Positions 13,058-24,156 of a stretch of DNA of 64,000 bases are shown in pieces; the stretch's first letter is position 1, and each line of letters opens with the position of its first letter. Origin of the DNA: Octopus sinensis (Eukaryota). The notes beneath the pieces are model-generated. The model was given only the letters and a program-made list of their open reading frames with translations. It searched no databases and was not told where the DNA came from. A program made the translations under genes and the position numbers. The DNA lies in NCBI RefSeq assembly GCF_006345805.1, contig NC_042998.1, forward strand, positions 72,540,001 through 72,604,000, written 5' to 3'.

Positions 13058-14338
13058 TTGCTGACGTACCCGGTAATTACCGGAAAAGTGGAGCTTATCC
13101 CATGGTTCCGTTATCATAATTGTTTCGCTAATCCAATAAAAACAATACAAAGTATGTAGTCCTCAAAACTAGTTTTATGCATTTACAGAGAATACCCAAC
13201 TGTCTTACATGGGATCTTGTTTATAGGAAATCCCAATAAGTTATCAATACCCGAATTGCAAAGTCAGTTATGTAATAACATGAAATTAGTTACGCGATAG
13301 TACGAATTCTAATAAAGTAGCCCCGAAAGGGGCTTTAATGCGTTCCAAGAGTATACAGAACTTAGGAGGAAATATCAATAAGGTATGTATACCAAAATCG
13401 TGAAGCACGTTACGTAATAACAGGCTAATCAGATATGAGATAATAAGAATTCAAAGTAAATAACTCGGAAAAGGGCATGTGTGCGTTCCCAGAGAATATT
13501 ACCTACCGGGGGCGCTAGTGATGGAATTAGTTTACAATGGATGTAGAAACAGACTCTACATTTTGTTTTACAGTTGACAAATAAATTTGCATATAGGTTT
13601 ATAAATAAAATAACATGTAGATTATTAATACATTTACAACACGTACGAAAACATCAACACAGCTGTCAATATGAATTTTAAAATGTTCTTACATGCAAAC
13701 AGCGTGTGAACTGTATGAGGTCAGTGCAGATTGCAATGTTATTTATAGATATATGGCGATTTCTCTCTGCTTGTGTGTTGGTTGTTACACAGAGTACATA
13801 GTTACAAAATATGAACACATCAATCAATATAAACTAAGAAGGTGTTCCTACATGTAAACAGGGTGTGACATTGTTCTTCATGCAACGCCTATCAATTGGC
13901 TGAAGTGATACGAAATGCATCGTCATTCATTGTTTATTCGGGAATAAGTCATTAACCGAAATAAGTGCATCTATTTTTGAACGCTTTTGCCGCAGCTTTT
14001 TTGAGCGCAGACGTCGAGAACTCAGATTTGATATTTTTAAGAAAGTGTTCTTGCATGTAAAGTGCTTGTGACTTTTATTATACATTATTTTATTTATTAT
14101 ATATAGGAAAATAAATAGCTTATTTCTCTTGGCTGTTAAAAGAAAATATGTTGGTTATATATGTGGATCCTTTCTAGTGGCCCTAGCCATTCAGCTATAG
14201 ATTTCGATAAACTTCAATCAATGAACCTAGAACAAACCAGATGTTACTTTAGTATGCAAAGTTCGAAAATTCGTTAACGGGTGTAGGCATCACCTTGATA
14301 CAAACAGACAGACAACTTGTTTTTATATACGTATAAGA
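13057..14338 (-). mobile_element. Non-autonomous Helitron-like element (~1.28 kb)
   Basis: On the minus strand the 5' end is A|TCTTATACGTATATAAAAACAAGTTGTCTGTCTG. The 3' end has a perfect 14-bp palindrome CCGGTAATTACCGG (13070-13083) 13 nt before CAAG|T (CTRR variant). A|T target, no TSD, no ORF. Confidence 0.7.
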
Positions 14339-14349
14339 TGAGACATTTA

Positions 14350-14394
<45 letters not shown>

Positions 14395-14400
14395 TATATA

Positions 14401-14430
<30 letters not shown>

Positions 14431-14435
<5 letters not shown>

Positions 14436-15029
14436 CTAATGAGTTCAGTATGCGGCAAAGTAATTTATTTTACTAAGCCCTTTTATATAATGTAATAATT
14501 GAATTCGCTTGAATGGTCCCTTTGCATACTGAACATTGGTGAAATTGATTAATAATTAATTAATTTTGCCCTCAATGTTGATGAATTATAATTAATCTCC
14601 CTCTGATTAATCTTCGGATTTTACGGAAAAGCATAGTGTTTGATGATTTTAACCCACGCTGGTGGAAAGGGGAGAACAGAGATTCTTCGCTTGCTTATTT
14701 GAATTTGTTGGCACTGTTAGTTACGAGCAGATCTTCGAAAGGGTATGTTCTTATTTTCAGTGTTTCCAAATCCAAACCAAGGAATTTCTGAGCTGATGAT
14801 AGAAGTGTTGTTTTGACTAATCTTGAAACGTACGTTCTCAAATAACCTTAGCATTTGATTTTTCGATGTCCTTACCCCAAACTTTTGTGAGTTGAATTAA
14901 GCAAACACTATATATGAGAGAGATTTTCTTTAAGTATTAGAAATAGCTTTAAAAAAGTTTTTTAGCTGCTATTTCTAATGAGTTCAGTATGAGGCAAAAG
15001 TAATTTATTTACTATAGCCCTTTTATATA

Positions 15030-15031
<2 letters not shown>
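14431..15031 (+). mobile_element. HHR-bearing repeat unit (PLE pLTR-like / retrozyme-like) with a ~61-bp terminal direct repeat, inside (TA)n
   Basis: TATTTCTAATGAGTTCAGTATG.GGCAAA...GCCCTTTTATATAA at 14431-14491 and 14970-15031 (period 539 bp). Internal HHR; (TA)n on both flanks. Confidence 0.7.
14789..14840 (+). ncRNA. Minimal type-I hammerhead ribozyme motif
   Basis: Stem I TGAG/CTCA; CTGATGA 14793-14799; stem II AGA+AGT/ACT+TCT with an AA bulge and a U-U at its base; GAAA 14825-14828; stem III AC-GTAC-GT; cleavage triplet GUU (cut after 14836). Confidence 0.7.
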
Positions 15032-15054
<23 letters not shown>

Positions 15055-15061
<7 letters not shown>

Positions 15062-15190
15062 AAAGGAAATGAAGAAAATGCTGACAAAATATTTAAGTAA
15101 TGTAATTAGGTGAAAGTTCTTTCACCTTATTAAATTATAAATTACTTAAATTATTTTGTCAGCATTCTCTTCATTTCCTTTTTTATATAT
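15055..15190. repeat. Foldback palindrome (arms ~62-70 bp, 2-nt spacer)
   Basis: ATATATAAAAGGAAATGAAGAAAATGCTGACAAAATA...AGGTGAAAG-TT-CTTTCACCT...TATTTTGTCAGCATTCTCTTCATTTCCTTTTTTATATAT. Confidence 0.9.
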
Positions 15191-15218
15191 CACAACACGT
15201 GTTCCACATCTCCTTTTT

Positions 15219-15292
<74 letters not shown>

Positions 15293-15531
15293 GTAATCAA
15301 TATAGTAGTAGGGAATGTGTACCAAAAAGGAAAACTATAAATGTCATTAAAAATGACTGAGGATGTTACATGCATCTACATTGCTAGACATAGAGGCTAA
15401 TCGCTCTAATGCTGCGCCAAAGCACATAATTGTCTGCGTGCTTGGTGACAGGGACCGTAATCTGCCGAAGAGCCGCGGTTGAGAAATTCCCATATGTAAG
15501 TGCATATGTGTGTGTGTCCGCACACACGCAC

Positions 15532-15590
<59 letters not shown>

Positions 15591-15591
<1 letters not shown>

Positions 15592-15889
15592 GTGGAGGCG
15601 CAATGGCCTAGTGGTTAGGGCAGCGGACTCGCGGTCGTAGGATCGCAGTTTCGATTCCCAGACCGGGCGTTGTGAGTGTTTATTGAGCGAAAACACCTAA
15701 AAACTCCACGAGGCTCCGGCAGGAGGTGGTGATCCCTGCTGTACTCTTTCCCCACAAATTTGTCCCACTCTTTCTTCTGTTGGCCTGCTCGCTTAGCCAG
15801 CGAGGTGACGTCATTTGAAGGCTAAAATAATGCGAACGCATTGTGACCAGCGATGTGTAACAACATCTGATGGTCTGGTGGGTCACGTG

Positions 15890-15890
<1 letters not shown>
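15591..15890 (+). mobile_element. tRNA-derived SINE family C, tail type 1
   Basis: A box TGGCCTAGTGG 15604-15614, B box GTTTCGATTCC 15648-15658. The body is shared with 16681-16905 and 26400-26545; it ends ...GGTCACGTGA. Confidence 0.9.
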
Positions 15891-15959
<69 letters not shown>

Positions 15960-16615
15960 TTAATATAAAGTTTAATTCTTCAGTAAAGTTAGTGTTAGTA
16001 GGTCTCATTCATAGCTGCTACTTTTCTCGCCATTTCTCAGAGGACTTCACTCCTACACCCACTTGCTTTCAGTAGCAGTAAGCAGCGTTACTTGTTTATC
16101 ACTGACTGGCCCTTTCTTCCTTTACATTTTCGTTTTTCACTTTTAAATTTTATTTACATTTTCTATCAACTGCCTGGCTTCCTTTACAAATTTTTACACA
16201 TTATCAACGTCTTTCTTCCTCCTACGCGCTCACATCGCATCCATGGTTTATTCGGGAATACCAGTACATGCCTAACGATTATGAACATACCTCGACTGAT
16301 CTTGTATCAATCTTCTGTGATCCTGATTCAATTCTATCCTCATGTTGTGTTAATGATTAAATAATGTGACCTCATACCAGTTGGTTGCTTGTTTTTAATT
16401 GAAATTTATCACCTTCTTTTATGAAGATCTCTATTGCATATAAATATATTCAGGCGTAGGAGTGGGTGTGTGGTAAGCAGCTTGCTTATAAACCACATGG
16501 TCACGGGTTCAGTCCCACTGAGTGGCACCTTTGGCAAGTGTCTTCTACTATAGCCTCGGTCCGACCAAAGTCGTGTGAGTAGACTTGGTAGGCGGAAACT
16601 GAAAGAAGCCTGTCG

Positions 16616-16653
<38 letters not shown>

Positions 16654-16680
16654 GTATATATATATATGGTATATATTTTG

Positions 16681-16905
16681 TTTTTGTTTTTTGTTTTCCA
16701 GTTTCAGCTCTTGAGCTGGGGCCATGCTGGGGACCGCCATTGTGGTGAAAGAGTACAGCAGGGATCACCACCCCCTGCCGGAGCCTCGTAGAGCTTTTAG
16801 GTGTTTTCGCTCAATAAACACACACAACGCCCGGTCTGAGAATCGAAACCGCGATCCTGCGACCGCGAGTCCGCTGCCCTAACCACTAGGCCATTGCACC
16901 TCTAC
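16681..16905 (-). mobile_element. SINE family C, short form with CR1-like tail (tail type 2)
   Basis: Same head and body as 15591 up to CTGTACTCTTTC, then ACCACAATGGCGGTCCCCAGCATGGCCCCAGCTCAAGAGCTGAAACTGGAAAACAAAAAAC. Confidence 0.9.
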
Positions 16906-16939
16906 ATATATATATATTAGTATATATCTATATAATATA

Positions 16940-16979
<40 letters not shown>

Positions 16980-17016
16980 TACTATATATAATATATACTA
17001 TATATATAATATATAT

Positions 17017-17071
<55 letters not shown>

Positions 17072-17248
17072 AATAATAAATATTAGGGAATAAATCCAAA
17101 TTACAGGGAAAAAAATCAGATTTAGGATTAAATCCAATTTTATAGTAAAATATTATAAAAATTATTAGAGACAAAACCACTATTTTGCAAAACAAAACAA
17201 GGAGACTCAATCATACATAAAATTTTAATAAATAGTCAAAAAAAACCG

Positions 17249-17291
17249 CCACTACAATTGTTTCTTGTCTTGATCGACAATCTTCAGGTGG
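17249..17291 (-). ncRNA. Minimal type-I hammerhead ribozyme, canonical core
   Basis: Exact reverse complement of 17327-17369. Confidence 0.85.
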
Positions 17292-17326
17292 ACTTCCATT
17301 TACAAGTCAGTTTGTAAATTGGAAGT

Positions 17327-17369
17327 CCACCTGAAGATTGTCGATCAAGACAAGAAACAATTGTAGTGG
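17327..17369 (+). ncRNA. Minimal type-I hammerhead ribozyme, canonical core
   Basis: CCAC | CTGAAGA (17331-17337) | TTGTC-GATCAA-GACAA | GAAA (17354-17357) | C-AATT-G | TA, cut after 17365 | GTGG. All three stems pair. Confidence 0.85.
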
Positions 17370-17518
17370 CGGTTTTATTTGACTATTATTAAAATTGTAT
17401 GTATTGATTAAGTCTTTCCCTTGTTTGTTTGCAAAATAGTGGTTTTGTCTCTAATAATATTTTATATATATGTATATATATATATGTGTGTATATATATA
17501 TATTATATATATATTATA

Positions 17519-17554
<36 letters not shown>

Positions 17555-18084
17555 TGTATGTATGCAGTACGTATGTATGTATGTTTATATCTATGTATGT
17601 ATGTGTGTGTGTGTGTCTATATGTTTGTGTGTCTGTGTTTGTCCCCGCAACATCGCTTGTCAACTGATGCTGGTGTGTCCACGTCTCCATAACTGGGCGG
17701 TTCAGCAAAAAGAGACCGATAGAATAAGTACTAGGCTTACAATAAATAAGTCCTGGGGTCGATTTGGTCGACTAAAGGCGGTGCTCCAGCATGGCCGCAG
17801 TCAAATGAGTGCAACAGATAAAAGAGTAAAGACTAAAGAGTAAAGAGTACGAATATATCCCGGTTCAAGTGCATTGATATGTCTCATATACTTTTCAGCA
17901 ATATTGCCTTATAATATTTTCAACTAAGTGCATAATATACGTTATTTCTCCTAATCACAGTTTGATTGAAAATAGCTGTAAATATCTAGCCTATAATATT
18001 TTATGCAGTAACAATTTTGCAAAGATATTTTATAACCATTGAATGTCAATCATTCTTCCTTGCAATTCAATCGAAATTATTCTT

Positions 18085-19115
18085 GGTGCCCTCTCTGGGC
18101 AAACATCAGTCTGCAGTAGATTTCCTCAGGGAACTCTACTGGGACCACTAATCTCTGTAGTGCTCTCTCAGACAGGCCGTTAGTCGTAGAGTTTGCCACT
18201 AGTAAAACTTCAAAATGACTTTCATGCAATATATAAATGGGCTGATGAAAATAACAATGCTGTTCAATGCTGATAAGTTTCAAGCACTCTGCTATCGACC
18301 AACAAACAAACTACAGTCGGAACAGATAAAACGAGCGGGTAGTGCAATCCCAAACTTAGAATCGGTGCGTGAGCTGGGAATCTACGTGTAGTGATATAAC
18401 ATTTCATGTACATATTGCCAAAAGGGCAACACAGTATTTAGCTGGGTGGGCCCTTTGATCAATCAGAACCAGAAATAAGGATACCTTGCTACTCTTATGG
18501 AGGACATTTGTCCTCAGTCGCCTGGATTACTTCTCCCAACTGTGGTCGCCGCAGAGCATCAATTTGGTGACAGAACGTGGGGCAATTCAGCATTACTACA
18601 CAAAGAAGACTGATTCGGTGAAACGGATGAGCTCCTGGGAGAGACTAGAAGTGAAGCTCTATTCCTTGGATAGAAGGCGAGAAAGGTATGCAGTGATATA
18701 CCTATCGAAGATCGTGAAATGTTTAGCTCCCAACTTTATTAAAATCTATACCTGCCACCGAACTGGATAGCACAGTATAATACCAAAGATACTGTCTTCT
18801 TCATCTCAGAAAAGCACCCTGCATTGCAACAGCGTCGGTTTGAGGGGGCAACTTCCTGCCAAGGAATCTAAGAGATCTGCAGGGAATAGATGTGGAATTG
18901 CTTCGGCAGTACATATACTAAAATTAGAACATTCAAAAAGCACCAGAACAAATTTCTATTTGAAATCCTAGATGACCCCCACATCGCGACAGGAGGCGCA
19001 AAGAAGAGTTCGTCCTAATTGTTTCTCCACCAAAAGAGGTATCCAAAAGAGACCGGGGCACACTGAAAAACGGTGCTCCAGTATGGTTCTAGCCTCTGGC
19101 TGAAAATAGAGAAAA
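18085..19115 (+). mobile_element. CR1-clade LINE 3' fragment, decayed
   Basis: FPQGTLLGPLI, MLFNADKFQAL, SVRELGIY, WRTFVLSRLDYFSQLWSP, LYSLDRRRERY; 3' tail CGGTGCTCCAGTATGG...GGCTGAAAATAGAGAAAA. Confidence 0.9.
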
Positions 19116-20472
19116 CATACATGTATACATATACACATACACAATAGGATAGTTACTAAGTATATAATATCTATTATTCTATCACTCATTTCTCAGATAC
19201 AGAATTATCGCTTAAATGCTGTTCTTTGACACTTTGCTTCTTGACGTAGTCAGATGAAAGACAGATAATAGATAGAGAAGGCACAACAAGTTAGCGATAT
19301 CAAATCATATATATTTCTCTCACTCTACTTTGATTATTAACTGAAAAAATTATAAATCTGAACGGAACTTTAATATTTTGTTGTTTTACATAAATTAATT
19401 GTTTTAGTATTTTTCTTTTATCAGATGTGAAGTTAATGTGATATTTAAAGATAGCAACAAATAAAATCCAGGTGTAATAATTAATATAGAGCGTAGAAGA
19501 AGACCAGCTGTGATAAAATCAGTATAGATTTGGTTTCATGGTAAACAACGGTGTTATAGCTACTGTTGATACAGACAGAAACGTTCACACTTCAAATTCG
19601 GAAAATAACTTCTCAGGCTGTTTTGCATCAATCACTATGGAAGGTGTGATATATTTTTCTATATTGCAAGGAAATGTAGCATGATATTACTTACAAAACT
19701 AAAGTTACAAACAAAAGTGTAAATAACTCATAACTCCGAAAGTCTATTATTATTGAACAAATCATTGCAGTGCACACACAAACACACACACACACATACA
19801 CACACACACACACACACACAAACACATACACACATACATACTTATATATAACATATATGTATATAAAATATTGTCGTTCGTTAAATGAATGTTTGAAAGA
19901 TATTTGTATACTTAATGCACGATAGATATCTTTTTGTTGCTTTACTAACTAACAACAGAAAATATATTCACATCTTGTATATAATTTATGCATAGAATAT
20001 ATAACTACTTTTGTATATTTAAAGTTGGTGAAAGCAACTAAGTTGATTTACGAATTGGATCGTACCTGTTAACCTATTATTTGGGAAATTAGCTTAAGTA
20101 ACGCAGGGTAGAGATCACGGATATCTGTTTGTATGAGCTTCAATTACTGGTATTAATAAATATTGTAACCGCTTGTACTGACAGACCCACCACCAGCATA
20201 TATACCGTCTTGCTATATGCCGCTCTCCCCACTTTATCCATGTTGATTAAACCCTCTTCGTGTTCTTGTTGTTGTTGTTGTTCTTCTTCTTCGTCTTCTG
20301 CTCAATTTCCTCCCCTTATATATATTCCTAACAAGGTCTGAAGGACGCTGAATGTAAAAACACACCTTCGATGCAAGTCTGATGAAGTGTCTCTATAATG
20401 TCTAAAACCGCAAATATTACGTGATTTTTCATTTGGAATCTTTGCGTAAACTTGTGTTGCAAATAAAAAAAA

Positions 20473-20793
20473 GACTCCGCCGGTTACGACGACGAGGGTC
20501 CCAGCTGATACGATCAACGGAACAGCTTGCTCGTGAAATTAACGTGCAAATGGCTGAGCATTCCACAGACACGTGTACCCTTAACGTAGTTCTCGGGGAT
20601 AATCAGCGTGACACAGAGAGTGACAAGGCTGACCCTTTGAAATACAAGTACAACTCATTTTTGCCAGCTGAGTGGACTGGAGCAACGTGAAATAAAGTGT
20701 CTTGCTCAAGGACACAACGCGTCGCCGGGAATCGAACTCACAACCTTACGATCATGAGCCGAATGCCCTAACCACTAAGCCACGGGCCCTCAC
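20473..20793 (-). mobile_element. tRNA-derived SINE family D with a CORE-like central domain
   Basis: Minus strand: TGGCTTAGTGG (A box), GAGTTCGATTCC (B box), then TGTGTCCTTGAGCAAGACACTTTATTTCACGTTGCTCCAGTCCACTCAGCTGGCAAAAATGAG. The CORE/V/Meta-type assignment is from memory of those consensi. Confidence 0.85.
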
Positions 20794-20904
20794 GTGTTGC
20801 AAATAGAGATGGTACAGAAACAATTGTAACTTATAATTCAAGAAGTGTTAAATAATTTTCCTTTTCTTCTCTTTCGTTTCATTCATATATATTTATTTGT
20901 TAAG

Positions 20905-21115
20905 TCGGCGAACAAGCGGAATCTGTTACACTGGGCGAAATGTTGAGCGGTATATCGTACATCTTTACGTTCTGTATTCAAACACCGCCGAGGTCAAGTT
21001 TGCTTTACATCTTTTCGGGGTCGACAAAATAAGTGTCAGCTTAACACTGGGGATAATATAATCGGCTTTCCCTCTCCTCCAAAACTGCTGGCCTTGCACC
21101 AAAATTCGAGACCAA
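20905..21115 (+). mobile_element. SINE family A
   Basis: GGGCGAAATGTTGAGCGG...CTTTACGTTCTGTATTCAAAC..CCGAGGTCAAGTTTGC...TCGACAAAATAAG...TGGCCTTGCACCAAAATTCGAGACC. Confidence 0.8.
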
Positions 21116-21307
21116 TAGACATTTGTAAGTGCAGGAAAATAGTCGAGATAAATATTGAGCAAAATGAGAGTAATATGTCTGTGTGACTATTAATTTTAGA
21201 ATACTCCTACTTGAAAACATACCAAGAATTCAAAAAATTTTTCTTTGGGAAGGTTATATGTGTCATTAGTAACTACTACCAACAATCGCATACGTCTTTT
21301 TTCTTTT

Positions 21308-21468
21308 AATGAGCTGGTAGAATCATTAGCTCACCGGTCAAAATGCTTAGCGGCATAAATTCTGCTGAGGTTGACTTTGCTTTTTATCCTCCCTGGCTCG
21401 ATAAAATAAGTACCAGTTGAACACTGCGGTCGATGTAATTCCTGGCTTTTGCTAAACTTTGAAATCAA
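21308..21468 (+). mobile_element. SINE family A, internally deleted
   Basis: GAGCTGGTAGAATCATTAGC...AAAATGCTTAGCGGC...TCGATAAAATAAGTACCAGTTGAACACTGCGGTCGATGTAAT. Confidence 0.8.
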
Positions 21469-21723
21469 TATTTGGGGCGATATTTTTGAATTGCATCTGT
21501 AAAATTATCATGTAGATACCATGTGAGTCTGCAAAATCGTTTGTGCCATTTTGAAAGTTCTTAATTGTACTTGGAGTATGTTTAGTTAGAAAGTTAAAGT
21601 GTTTCCTTCATATGAATAGCGGTTCTTTCCTGAAAATGTGTATGCAATTAATGATAGCAATTCTTAGTGTAGAATATTCGTCATTCATATATATATACAT
21701 TCATGCATTCACACACACACACA

Positions 21724-21764
<41 letters not shown>

Positions 21765-23394
21765 CACACACACACGCACACACACACACACACACACACG
21801 CGCACACACACACACACACGCACATATATATATAGCGATTCAATATTCAAGAATTTATACAAATCAAAATTAACAGGAAATATGTTACAAAGCCACTAGA
21901 AAAAGTATGCCTGGATACCAGAATTGATACAATTATATGTAGAGATTGTCTATCTATGACATCTCTTGCTATGACGTCTGGTGCCATTGAGAAATTTATG
22001 GTGAATATGTGTAAACAATAAGGCCAATGTTTTCCAGCTGCGAAAGAATTATTTATAACTAGCGGGGCAAGTGAATATTTCTCAAAATTAATAGTAAACC
22101 TATTGGTTTTTTTCTAAAACTTCTATCCAAAAAACCTGAATGTATAGCATGTGTTGTGTCTATGTAAGTGTAGTCGCTCATCTGACGCTTATTGAAAAGT
22201 GAAAGAAGTTGGAATACGATGATTACTTAATGCACTTTATATACAAACCTTATATGCGCAATTTTATAGACTAAATATACAGAACACATAAAATAAATAT
22301 TCACTCTTATTTTCCAATTTTTTTCATAAAAAGGAATATCTCGTACATGTGATGCATAATTTAGTTATATTGTGTATATCTGCCTCGTAAATAGGTTTGA
22401 ATATGTCACGGATTTGCACTTACGCGGCGCATGCGTTAATTGGTAAGTGATATAAAAAATTTAGTTCATTTTTTAAGAAATATACCTTTTACTATCCACT
22501 CACCACTGATGCTTCTCCCTCTGTTTCTTTCTCCTTCCTTCTGTCTCACTCTTCGCCTTATCCTCTTTTCCTCTCTCCTTTTTCTTTCTCTTCTCTTTTC
22601 CTTCAACTAATCACATGAAAGCGTTGCAGTTGCGTTCACTCTACCTCAGGTCATGGACGCTTCTCTCTCCCTTTTTCTCCCTCTCTCTTTTTCCATCTTT
22701 ATCTTTTCTTTCTCCTTTTTCTCAAATCACGTGAAAGCGTAACCGACTGGCTAAGTAACGCACTGACAAAAAGAATTATTATAACAAACCTGCGATTGGT
22801 AATATCAAATTCTGTGAATCTTCTCGAAAATTAATACTTGCCCATAACCCTTACAGTGACGTTTTAAGATATTAAAAGGATTCAACAACATTTATAAACA
22901 ATGTATTAATCATGCATTCAAACAGCATATTTTATTTACTTCACTATTAAATATTTAATTTTTGCATGTGCATTATATCCTGTCAAACACTTTATGTAAC
23001 ATTACTGTGGTTTTCTGTGACATGTTATTTTTCTTAGTATAAATGTCTGTGTGTACGGCTTACAGTTTTTCAATTTTACTCTTGGGTTCAACATAAAATT
23101 ACGAATCATAAAAGATCCAAACGCACCATTTCGCTTGCTAAATGCAGCATATAAATATCCCTGAAATCAAAGCATGCTGTTTGAGATGACAATATACTAA
23201 TATAGAAAGTGATCATACAAAATTTAACAAGATATAATTGTCATGTTTAGAACATCTAGATTATAAATGCTTCCACTGATACAAAATGTATGAAAGAAAA
23301 ATAATCATTGTAGAATAGGAAACAAAAAAAATGTGTTCTAAATATGTATTAATAATCAAGCAAATAGCAACATATTTCTAATATACTCAAGTGA

Positions 23395-23675
23395 ACAGCG
23401 GTAAGCTAGCAAATTTGTTACGGCGCAGAGCAAAATGCTTAACGCCATTGTTTCTAGCTGCTGGCATCAAAGGTAGCGAACCAGCAGGATCGTTAGCGCG
23501 CTGGGCGAGATTCTTGCCGGTATGCTTTCGTCTTTACGTTTTGAGTTCAAATTTCACCAAGGTTGATTTTATCATTGATCTTGTTGGGTTCAATAAAATA
23601 AATAGGAGATGATCACTGGTGTCGATGTAATCGAGTTAATCCTCCCCGAAATGCTGGCCTTGTGCCAAAATTTAT
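23395..23675 (+). mobile_element. SINE family A with duplicated head
   Basis: Two successive head-like segments, then CGTCTTTACGTTTTGAGTTCAAAT...GTCGATGTAATCGA...TGGCCTTGTGCCAAAATTT. Confidence 0.7.
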
Positions 23676-24116
23676 AATTAATATTTTCAAATGAATACAT
23701 TGTGTAATATAAAATATATTCATATTTCGAAGTTATTTCACGAAATAAATCGACAAAATGTGTATGTTAAATTTTGAAAGCCTAAATGTTATGTCACAAT
23801 AAAATAAAACGACACGAAATGATAAAACCGAGTAATTTCTATTAATTATATTTTGAATAAATGTGCTTCATTCGAATTCCGAATGTCCTAGTGACAGATT
23901 GTTATTGTATCTCTATATTAATGAAAACTTTGAATATTTTCAATAAACTAGTAAGCTTCAATTTATGAATGCAGTTTGCAATTGCGTTTTAGAGAATTTG
24001 AATTTTTAATAAATATTGAATTCTAAGATTTCATAATTCAACAGTTTGACACTTTGGCAATTTCCATCGGAATTAAACAGCTTACCTCTGCATTAGAATT
24101 ATTATTCATCGACAAG

Positions 24117-24156
<40 letters not shown>

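Larger units (their letters stand above)
17075..17466. mobile_element. Inverted pair of PLE-type terminal repeats (palindrome 17154-17466, spacer GTCAGT 17306-17311)
   Basis: Arms ~150 bp, inner parts near-identical. Each arm carries an HHR. The arm end recurs at 47938-48010 and 5779-5845. Flanked by (TA)n. Confidence 0.85.
16453..17848 (+). mobile_element. SINE family B split by two nested insertions in its internal microsatellite
   Basis: Head 16453-16612 (GGCGTAGGAGTGG...CGGGTTCAGTCCCAC...GAAAGAAGCCTGTCG) and tail 17621-17848 (...GGCGGTGCTCCAGCATGGCCGCAGTC...AAAAGAGTAAA). The same two modules are separated only by microsatellite at 59358-59790. Confidence 0.85.

Noticed and set aside
15591-15665. 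tRNA gene calls for SINE heads (also 16830-16905, 20720-20793, 26470-26545)
   Set aside because: A and B boxes are present but acceptor and anticodon stems are imperfect, and each continues into a shared SINE body.
20379-20410. CTGATGAAG...TCTAAAAC
   Set aside because: No GAAA box and no clean stem II; at best an unrecognisably decayed motif.
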